A DNA stretch of 64,000 bases from Mytilus edulis (lineage: Eukaryota), in the NCBI RefSeq assembly GCF_963676685.1, contig NC_092344.1, positions 104,594,001 through 104,658,000 on the forward strand, read 5' to 3'. The position numbers were made by a program, and so were the translations under genes. Positions 24,826 through 35,786 of this stretch are shown piece after piece; within the stretch, counting starts at the first letter, position 1; each line of letters opens with the position of its first letter. The notes beneath the pieces are model-generated. The model did not search any database. It saw only the letters and a program-made list of their open reading frames with translations, and was not told where the DNA came from.

Positions 24826-27800
24826 CACAGTGTAGATACTATTCTGTACGCTATCCGGAAGTCGCGATATTCGAAGCGAGAACTTTTTGGATCACATTTT
24901 AAATTTGATGGGTATACTGAATTAAACGGTAAGTTGATCATCTGTACATTGCTTAATGATTAATTCAGCCGACATCGATATTATCAAATGGTTTAGAATT
25001 AAATTCCGCACATTCAATATTCGTATCTTTGCCTTAATCAAGAGATTTCTAAGTGCATCACTAAGAAAAATCAGTCGGCGAACCTAAAAACAATCTTTTA
25101 CCCTCTTAGTGTTCAAATTAACGTAAAATCCAGACTTAATTAACACAAAATCTTTTATGGGGTTACTTTATATAAGATACGGACTTGAACATTGCATTAT
25201 ATGGGGGCACCAATCAGGTATTTCTAACACCTCCTAAAAACCAATCAGGTATTTTCAACACCTCCTAAACCAATCATTAAAGTTTTCTGAAATTGCTCCA
25301 TTTGTACTCGATTAATGCATTATGGACCTTCTATTTCTGTAAACTTACCAAAATTATATCACATGAATTAACCCCCTACGCAAAGCTGTCTTTATCCATT
25401 TTTTGTTATTTTAAAAGCGACAAGCTTGATTTATGGTATCATCAATTGGTCAACGGAGGACGGTGTAAATAATCTTTAAAAATGTAATAGCTATAAACAC
25501 TGTAACGATACACTATTACAAAGTCTACAAGCGAATCATGTATTACATTTTAGGCATTTGATTTTAAATAAGACTGATGGAACAAAAATACAATTATTTT
25601 GCCATCTAAAAAATTCATCAGAAATATATTTGTATTGTCTGATGAAAGTAATTACACGTTATAGTTCCCTGGATAGTTCATAATATCACATATACACGTA
25701 CAATGTATATACCTTCAAATTGCTGTTGTTTTTTCTTCAAAATCACGACTGGTCATACAGTCAAAAAATCTGAAATCGCTTCTAGAATACAGTCAGTTCT
25801 AGACTGATCGAACAGTAATTTATTTTGGGATCCTCAAGGAAAACATATTTTTTTATGGGAAATACGAATATTCTACTGAAATACGAAAAGAATATTGAAA
25901 CAGTATATATTTAACTGTAAACTGATGCAAATATTTGCAATAAAAGATTATTTGCTTTGTACTACGAGAGCAAAATTGTCCATCGATTTCACTTTTTTTC
26001 TACCAAGTTGATGTGATGCACACGTATATTTCTCTGCATGATGTCTCTATTAATGACTTGCTGTCATTCATACAAAAGCCGTTCGGTATTCATCACATTC
26101 GCACGAAACTTTATCCATTACCCCTTTCAAAACTTCATTCTCTGTTCAATTTATGTTTGGAATCCACTGTTACAAACCCTCATTCAAACCAATACAAACT
26201 TCAAGCTATAATTTCGGATATTGCAAGTCACAGACTTTTCAAGCCAGTTCGCATTGGAAAAGACGAAAAAGAGAAAAGATCTTTTCTAAATCTTTCCTTT
26301 GCCAACAAAGGTCTCGATGGCGTCAACCTAGGCAATATCCTTCATCATAAATTAGTTCAATCGAAAATACCTCCTTATTTCAAAGACCAGTCTGTACCAA
26401 TAATTTCTTATACCTATACCAAACCTATTGCAACTTAAATTTTCAATTACAAACGCGTTTTGCAGAATCTCGATATTGACGACTTCAAGTCTAAACTTCC
26501 TGATTGCACTTGTGCTAGTTCCCAATTCATATATAATCCTGCTGGCCACGTTATTACCGGTGACCTTAACATTGTTGATAACACTTCTCTAAGAAATGTG
26601 TTATCGAAAGGTCCGAAATATCGTGAGCCTAAATCCATCAATTGGAAATACAACTTTAAAATTTTGATGGACTCAGTCGAGGATTATGCAAGGCAATGGG
26701 CTAAACGTGAAAAGGAAGACGTAGACACTCTATCCGAATGGATTAAGGCAGTGAGGTCGTTAATACAAATCAGAATCAAGAAACTGAATGGGTCCATCAA
26801 TGCCCATGCTACGTCAATCTTTAAAGACCCAAATGTTGCTAAACACTTATCCGACCTCCATGATAAATATGTTGTTGTTCCCGCAGACAAAGCCCCAAAT
26901 AACATCGTTTTTGTCTGTAAAAGTCACTACATTAATTGCTTGATAAACGAATTAGGTATAGACAATTCACTTGGAAACTCAACATATACCCTCACGACAC
27001 TTACCAAAGAGGAAATCCTGGATAATCATAGGTCTGTTCTTTGTTCCTTTGGTATTTCAACCAAAGATGAAGAACTGGATCTTCCATCACTGTATTTGAT
27101 ACCTAAACTACATAAGTGTCCTTACAAACAACGGTATATTGCTGGGTCTTCCAAGTGCTCCACGAAACCTCTTTCTAAATTATTAACATCTATTTTATCA
27201 GCAATCAAAGACGGGCTTCAAAGTTATTGTGAAACTGCCTATTCTAGAGGTGGCGTGAATCAGATGTGGATTCTTAAAAATTCCAAAGATCTTTTAGAGT
27301 ACATATAATCTAACTCTCTTTCATCTTGTAACAGTATTAAAACATTTGACTTTTCTACTCTGTACACAAGTATTCCACATTCCAAACTAAAAGACAAATT
27401 GAAAGAGTTGGTATTACTTTGCTTCATAAAAAAGAATGGCCAACGTAGATACAAGTATCTTGTCTTAGGGAGGGATAAATCATACTTTGTAAAGAATCAC
27501 TCTGATTCAAACAAAAAATTCTCTGAAACCGATATTATCAAGATGCTTGATTTCTTGATTGACAACATATTTGTAACGTTCGGAGGACGTGTTTTTCAAC
27601 AAACTGTCGGCATCCCAAATGGGAACAAACTGTGCCCCTCTACTTGCCGACTTGTTTCTTTATTATTATGAGGCTGACTTCATGCAGGAACTTCTTAGGG
27701 AGAAAGATAAGAAGTTAGCTATATCCTTTAACTCTACTTTCCGCTATATAGATGACGTTCTTTCACTAAACAATTCAAAATTTGGTGACTATGTGGAACG

Positions 27801-28725
27801 CATCTATCCCATCGAATTGGAGATGAAGGATACTACAGATACAGTTAAGTCGGCTTCATATCTTGACTTACATCTAGAAATTGACAATGAGGGTCGGTTG
27901 AAAACAAAACTTTACGACAAAAGAGATGATTTCAGCTTTCCAATTGTGAACTTTCCATTTCTAAGTAGCAACATTCCAGCAGCACCTGCATACGGGGTAT
28001 ATATCTCCCAATTGATACGATATTCCCGTGCTTGCATTTCCTATCATGATTTTCTTGATAGAGGGTTACTGCTCACAAGGAAGCTATTAAACCAAGAGTT
28101 CCAAATGGTGAAGTTGAAATCATCCCTTCGTAAATTTTACGGACGCCATCACGAGTTGGTTGACCGTTATGGAATAACCGTTTCACAAATGATATCGGAT
28201 ATGTTCCTTACGTCGTAACTACAATCCCCTTCCCTTTCATGAATGTGACCTACCGAATTAGACTATTTACCGAATTTGTAATCACATAAGCAACACGACG
28301 GGTGCCACATGTGGAGCAGGATCTGCTTACCCTTCCGGAGCACCTGAGATCACCCCTGGTTTTTGGTGGGGTGCGTGTTGTTTACTCTTTAGTTTTCTAT
28401 GTTGTGTCATGTGTACTATTGTTTTTCTGTTTGTCTTTTTCATTTTTAGCCATGGCGTTATCAGTTTGTTTTAGATTTATGAGTTTGACTGTCCCTTTGG
28501 TATCTTTCGTCCCTCTTTTATACTCTAATGCATGTTTTTGTTACAGTTACTCATATTTATGATGCTATATATACCTTGAATATGTTCAAAGCACTTTGTA
28601 GATATAGGAGTAAACAAATGATGAGAAAAGTTACCGTAGGCAAAAACGTCCTGTTAGCCGGTTGGAAATCATCGCTTCGAAAATCGCGACTTCCGGATAG
28701 CGTACAGAATAGTATCTACACTGTG
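24826..28725. mobile_element. Non-autonomous DNA transposon with CACAGTG termini, 54-bp TIRs and a 5-bp TSD (Transib/RAG-like)
   Basis: 24826-24879 matches the reverse complement of 28672-28725 at 53/54. TTAAC lies directly outside both ends. Confidence 0.85.
26035..28520 (+). mobile_element. 5'-truncated Penelope-like retroelement (RT, no C-terminal endonuclease; Naiad-like), disabled
   Basis: ORF pieces 26013-26438, 26460-27308, 27399-27671 and 27589-28218 join into an RT with VPADKA, IPKLHK, TFDFSTLYT, GIP-MGTNCAPLLADL and RYIDD. Two stops (~26436, ~27306) and a +1 frameshift (~27617) disable it. A ~300-bp 3' tail follows. Confidence 0.9.
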
Positions 28726-29103
28726 TTAACATTTTATTCCAAATTGTTTAATGTGATTTCATTAGAGGAGATTGGCGTTGTTTGACCACAAAAATGCCCA
28801 TCAGGCTGTTAAATTAAATGTGTTATGTATCGCCAAAAATTCGCAAGGCTAATTGATTTAATTTTATTGAATTTTGATTCCAAGAAATTTTCTCTATGTA
28901 AATGAATGATTGATATTCAAATACAGATATTTGAGGATACATTAGTTATGACATTAGTTAATAACTTTTCACCTTCTGGTGATTTGAAAAGAAACCAAAC
29001 AATGATAACATCATTTATAAATAGTTTAAAATGATTTTGCTATAACAAGTTCAAAACTCATGATGTACGTCCATGAACACAGAATAAGTTGTGTGCAGTG
29101 ACT

Positions 29104-29934
29104 TTATAGTGCAGCGCCATGAACACAGAATGAGTTGTGTGCAGTGACTTTGGCTTCTGTACTGTGACAGACATATCCAGATTCACAGGGACACTCTATT
29201 GAACGCAGGTTGGGATTACTTTTGGAGGTGGCATTAAACGGGTCACATGATTCTTGTTGTTTCCGTAGGGGTTGACATGTCCCAGGAGCGTCAAACAAGA
29301 ACCGCTTTCTTTGGGATCCTTCCTTACAACATTCAGTTGGATTACAATCTGCAGCTTTTCTGCATACTGTGGCCTGGCCCACTGCAACCTGAATGCAGAA
29401 ATTAAATTAATTCTTAAATATTAAATAGATGACATTTTAACAATTGAACATTGGAATAAATAAAATATTGAATAGCATTAAGTTTCGCAAAAATCTATTT
29501 GTTATCTTATTTGTACAACATATTGGTTTGAATCTAAAAAAAATGATATTGCATGAAGTTATTTTTTTCAAGACAAGGAGGGATTCTTCTAACACAAATA
29601 TTTTTTATGAAAATAACAGTTGTCTTGCTTCCCCATTTACACCTTATATTTACATGGTCAAATTATTAAATTATTCTTTTTACACTGTGAATGTCCTGTT
29701 TTTGATTATCTTTCTTTAATTGTGTGCTTTGTGGGTATTAGTACTCTTTAAAAACAAATACACTCGTAAAAACAAAAAAAGCAGGCGACTAAAACAGTGT
29801 TTAAATATGGCTTTCGCATGGAAGACCATTGTTCATGACCATTGTTCATTACCCGAGTTAAATCATATAATAATGTAATAATGACACTAACTTACCGTAG
29901 TAATCGTAATTATAAATACGAGAGAAGCTTTCAT
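29104..29934 (-). CDS. Secreted 10-Cys prokineticin/colipase-fold (astakine/toxin-like) protein; 2 exons, ~107 aa
   Basis: Exon 1, 29934-29896, encodes MKASLVFIITITT (GTAAG donor). Exon 2, 29388-29104, encodes VAVGQATVCRKAADCNPTECC...C...C...CPC...C...C. Signal peptide plus the C-C-CC-C-C-CxC-C-C framework. Confidence 0.88.
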
Positions 29935-30523
29935 GGCTGTCGTAGAACTAGTGCTCGTTCAAAGATAAGATATATAGGTTCATCAAATGACGTAAAAGTT
30001 CAAAAATTATACCGTATTCAAAGAGTTATTGCGGATTTACATTAATGTACTGACAGCGTGACAACTAGCTTAAACGAAAAATCATACTTAACGTCTACAT
30101 TTCGACTAGAGATTGTGTTTGTATACACCCTGCACAGTCAAACGGACGCCCGTTTTAAGCAAGAGTTTTGATGCCGGGCAGTAGGAGAACAGGAGTGACC
30201 ATATTTCTATTGCCGAGTCAACCATTGAGGTTACTTTTAAGTGTCTATTATTATATATTCATTATCTTGTGAACTGATATATTCCCGAGTCATCTAAGTC
30301 TTCATTTGTCAGGGTTTTCATTTTTTATACATGCAGTCCTTGTAATTTTATATATTATATACTAGCTGTTTTATGATGGAAAATCAAGATAATCCGTTGG
30401 CGAAAATCTCTAAGTCGAGATAAAAGTTTCTTAGACAAGTATATATACATATGAAATCATCAAAACTAAGACGAACGCGAACGGCCAAGAGTGTAGGCAA
30501 GTGTAAATTCTACTTCAGTGTTA

Positions 30524-30752
30524 TAAAAGAGGGACGAAAGATACCAGAGGGACAGTCAAACTCATAAATCGAAAATAAACTGACAACGCCATGGCTAAAA
30601 ATGAAAAGGACAAACAGAACAATTATAGTACACACGACACAACATAGTACACACGACACAACATAGTACACACGACACAACATAGTACACCAAAGAATAA
30701 ACAACACGAACCCCACAAAAAAGCGTGATCTCAGGTGCTCTGGAAGGGTAAG
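30524..30752 (-). mobile_element. 3' end fragment of the Penelope-like element with an internal short-unit triplication
   Basis: Reverse complement of the PLE tail, with ACACGACACAACATAGT repeated. Confidence 0.85.
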
Positions 30753-31619
30753 TATATAACTGTGGTAATCCGGAGGTAAAAGTACCACTGCAACTGCTAA
30801 AAAAGAGGCGGAAGATACAAAAAAGAGGATCATTATGAGTGGTAGAGAGACAGACAAAATCAAGTCAAAACACACGAAAACAGAATTCTTTAGTTTACTT
30901 GTTACTTTGTGACTGGTAATATGAAAGACTGACACTGTATCATCAGCTGTACAAAAAGAACAACTTATTATATTCTACTTTTTTATTAGAAAAATACAGT
31001 CAAACTTTATTTAATGATATACAAGTTTTGTCAGTGTAATTACACCATATTAAGAGTTTACCACGTTTTTATTTTCGTTTGTTATTTCTACGTTAATTTC
31101 CTGTTTTTTTCCATAATTTCTGTGCTGGATCACATCCATAGATACGGGTAAAGAATCTGAAATAAAAAATACATTAAATAAATAGATTATCGATCTAAAA
31201 TCTCAAATTATACTCGACATGTAGATTACGAAATATAAAAGATAAAAGCAGGCGTCTTTAAGTTAAGACTGGTATTATCATTACCGATGTTGCACGAGGG
31301 GCTGTATATGATTTTTTGACTTAAGCACCTGAACTCACTAGTATAGTTACAAGAGTCAGTACAATAAACTCTAAATTAGCCAATTTTAGAATTGGTTGCA
31401 GAACTTGCAAATTATGTCTAATTTTCTTTAACCAAGTTGCTATGAATGTGCAGTTCTCTTCTTTTTTTTTTCTTGTTGCTTTGTTTTTGGTGAAAGTGGT
31501 TGTCGTTGTATACAAATATACAGAATTATAATGTATACCAAAACCATACTACTGACTGTATCTTTCACCTATTAAATGTGTGATCCCAGTATGAAAGCAG
31601 TCTAAAATGTTTGTTTTAT

Positions 31620-34221
31620 TTAACACAATCGGCTAGAATTTGTATCCGATTCCAAATGTACAAATGTTTTCCTTTCAATTAGTATTTCCGTACACGATCG
31701 CCTAATATACCTTCAAGTCAAAATACAGAGCTAACAACTGTTAAAGTGCTGCCAATTTCAACATTACATAAACATGTACAGCATTCATTGCAAACAATGC
31801 TAAATGGTTTGAATTGTTTTACATTGTCTTATGGGGGCCTTTTATAGCTGACTATGCGGTATGGGCTTTGCTCATTGTTGAAGGCCGTACGGTGACCTAT
31901 AGTCGTTAATGTCTGTGTCATGTTGGTCTTTTGTGGATAGTTGTCTCATTGGCAATCATATCACATCTTCTTTTTTATAAATGGGGCAAGATGATAACTT
32001 ATAATGACTTACAGTGCCATCAATGAAGACAGTAATACTAGTCCACCCATTACCAAAAACACCATGCCTTTAAATATGGGTCTTGTTTGTTTATATACGT
32101 CAGAAAATGCAGCTACACCAATCACTCTTACCGCTGAATCTAATACCGCCATATTGGAAAATAGTACACCTGTAAGATGAACATTAACTATTTACTTGCG
32201 AATGCTTTTTTATTCTGTCCACATTTAAGATTTTATCCTTCTGTTTAGAAATGGAAAATAAATCCGTCTTGTCAAATGTGTCTTTCTTAAACCTTTCCGA
32301 TCGTTTTACCCAGATATATGAAGAAATGTTGCCCAGCCCTTTAATAGAGAATAATTGTATAAAAATGTAGGTGTCGTTATCTGGAAATTAGAAAACTTCA
32401 TTCATAGTTCATAACTAATGCTCGATTAATGGTTAGCTTAAACAATTTTGTAATGGGTTCCATATATTCCTAAATATTATTTGAAGCCACGACATAACTA
32501 AATTAACTACTGCTAACCGAAAATGAGTTTTAAATTATTATACTGTTCATCCTCTCTTATTGATCATTTGATAATACTTAAGATAGAGAAGTAAAAGTCT
32601 ATAATGTTCATCCGTTTACCTTGTTTATCAGGACTGACTTTTCTTGATAGTATTGCGTTTATCATTGTTTCTCCACTGTCACCTATTACTCCAATTCCAA
32701 TAACTAAGAAAACACAAAATGTATGTATGAGAACAATACACATTGCGTAAGTTCTAACGCAAAATGAAATATTCAAAAATTTATTTGTTAGATTTGGCAT
32801 GAAAGCTGACTAACTCACATTTGATATAATAATTAGTTTTTTTACACATTAGTACACAAGTAGTGCAAAGTTATGTCCTGCACAAAATATTGGAAATCGC
32901 TAAAACGACAGTGCTTGTTAATTTTTTTTCAGTGATATGATTTTTAAACATCCAAACTGTTTGAGCTCTGTGTATTTTGTCTACAAGATCGCATTCTATG
33001 AGTTTATTTTTTTAACTAACTTGTGAATAAAGACATTAATACACTAAGAATACGCAATGGTATTTATTTAACCTGTATTTACCTGTATATAGCACCCAGC
33101 TATGCATTGCAAGACCATATGCAATATAACTGACTATAGATGACAAATTGCAGACTTGTAGTATTATTTCATCAGGTGTACAACGCTGTAATATAGCTAT
33201 GATCAATGGCGCAAAGATGCACTCAGCAATTGATAAACCTGCTCCATACCACCCTATACGTTCTGAACTCCAACAAAACGGCCAACCTAACTTATAAAGA
33301 TTACTAATTGGTGAGTATGCAGTTCCTGCTAGTTTTAATAGGATAAAAACAAACAGCCACGAGAAAATGTGTTTCCTATTTCCTATGTCTGCGTCGGTTA
33401 TCATCGACCAGATTTGAGATTTCAGTGAAACAGAACAAACCTTAACGTTATGTTTGGCTGGTTTAGGCCTTTGTTCTTTCAGAAATACAACTATAGATAA
33501 ATCAAGAATCAAAAGAATACCAGCACACATGAAATACTGTGGTAAATATCCAAAATAATGAATGGAATAACCAGTTATAATCTGTGCTATAAAGAAACCA
33601 ATGCCATTTGCTGAAGTATAAAGAATCATCACGAATGATCTTTGTTTATCCTTTGAAGTAGTATTGGCCATTATGCCTGACGAAGCAAGGTCATATGTAT
33701 AGTGTGTCCCCGAGAGACCATTGAATACAGACGATATTCCTCATATCCAGGACCAGATACACATCCAAACTGTTGTAAACTACATATGTTCTGACACTCA
33801 TGCCTATGAGCAACATTGATACATTCCATACAAGTAGGAATTTTCTACCAATTCTATCAGTCATTGGTCCTAAAACGATCATTATCACGACGGAAATTCC
33901 CGAACTTATCATTTCGGAATACTGGTTTATCGTTGTAGCCTCACTTTGGGCTTTAGATTCCAGGGAATTTGATGATTTGTTTCCCACCTGACAACTTTCA
34001 ATTTCCATGCTCCTATTTTCTGTTGATACTGTACTTCCATTGGTTAAAGTGTCATTCAATAAATGTTGTTTTACAAAGTGATAAATATACTGTCCATCAT
34101 TCACTGCCGACATTTCAGATTGAAATCCAGAGAGCATTTTAAAAATGAAAAGTTGAACCCATATTTGTGTTAATATTTTTCCTCTTGCATTTTGATGAAT
34201 TAACCCCTCCTTTTCATCCAT
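31620..34221 (-). pseudogene. SLC46-like MFS transporter, paralog A (frameshifted)
   Basis: Exons 34221-33083, 32703-32620, 32169-32013 and probably 31710-31620 (last exon uncertain). Motifs GPMTDRIGRK and PFCWSSERIGWY. The frame breaks at ~33720-33757, with ~10 nt extra relative to the paralogs. Confidence 0.8.
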
Positions 34222-35786
34222 TCCTAACTAATGATAATTGTTTACTTCGTGTAGTTCATTATCCTTTCCATTTATTTATATTAAACCATGACAATTACAA
34301 ATAATTTTATCTAATAAAGTCTTATGAGAGATGGTGTTGTTTACAATTAACAATCACGTGTATATTTAGTACACAAAAGAGTATGTAAATAATATTAATG
34401 TAAAATAAATATATTTCGTCAAATATACATTATTGAAATATTCCAGGATAAATTTGGCGTTTCCGAAGTGTTTTTTTTTTCTCTGGACTTTCACGAACGG
34501 TCAAAGCCATACTTAAAAGCTAAATCCGCAGTAGTACTGGAATTCATGATGAGCTTTATGATCTACAGACAGCGATAGTGTCGGTTTCTATTTTACATTC
34601 GGCTCTCATTTTGTTCTGTACGTTACACCACTGTTTCAAGTTAGACATGTTTAACACCGTCTCATTGTGTATGTGTATATACCAAGTCATATAAATAAAA
34701 TCATCATAAATACCCGTTTTGAAGTTTGTACGCCAGACGTGCGTTTGTCTACAAACGACTCATCAATAATGTCGGCGACACTAATTGGCGTATAGACCAA
34801 CGTGCACCTGACGTACAGGGATAATTGACTAAGTTCGTATATGTTAGGTGCACGAAAGAGGAATTCTAAGCAATGGTTAGACGCGTGTTGCATAAGTTTG
34901 AAATACCAAGGTGTACGCTTGGAGAACGCTATAACTATCTCCAGGAAAGTTTTATTCATCTAGCTACAGCGTTTATAAAGTGAGCGGATAGTTGTTCGTA
35001 CACGCACATATTACATACGCTAGAAGCGCGTTGATAAACTATACAGATAAGTTTGAGACACGCTCAGGGCACGTTGTATACGCCTCAAGATCGTTCGACT
35101 TTTACTTGGACCACCTACTCATATTGTTTGCAGATGTAAATCTTAATTACAATGCTTACGCAAACTTTAATACAAAAACAAGCAAGCAAATCTAACAATT
35201 GACTTCTTGCTAGCATAAGGATAACAGCTGTAAAGTCTAGATAATATGTTATCAATAATGTATCCAACATTATGATGTCGAACAAAATATAAGCACTTTA
35301 CCAGTTATTTTTCAACTAGACAGTGGCACTGATGGTTAGATAGGGTATACATATATGGACACTCAATAACCACTCCAATGACTCTGTTAGGGTTCAGTAG
35401 ATATGGCTTGTTGCAAAGCAAGTTTCTATCCCTATCCAACATATACTCATCATTGAATTTCAATTCATTTATCCAGGTCTTACTGCTTTTGTAGATCCTA
35501 CCTGTTATTTTTATGGTTACTTTCTTTTCTTGTACGAAAAAGCATGACATATTTGCCATAAGTTAATCAACTGACATTCTATAGGTCAATTTTGCTGGAC
35601 CTTTTTTTAGCCTATGTATCTTATACCCCAAAACAAAGAAGAACTAAAATACAATCTGGTTAAAAATGCATTTTCCCTTAAAAGTGAGATTTTTTTTAAT
35701 CATATAATTTGAAAAAAATTGTTAGTCTATAAAATATCAATCTTTTTATCCTCTTTAGAAATATTGTTAAGAAATATTTAAAATTG

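Noticed and set aside
28225-28300. SECIS element in the PLE tail
   Set aside because: ATGA and AA are present, but I could not build the stem or GA quartet, and the retained ORF has TAA rather than TGA stops.
28302-28562. Recurrent small [21 protein letters not shown] (also 60702, 48593, 30510, 50306)
   Set aside because: It is a translation of the PLE 3' tail, and the frames are not preserved between copies.
31050-31156. Last exon of SLC46 paralog A
   Set aside because: It has a good acceptor, but 31710-31620 matches the 91-nt length and the C/IER pattern of paralog last exons better. It remains a possible alternative.
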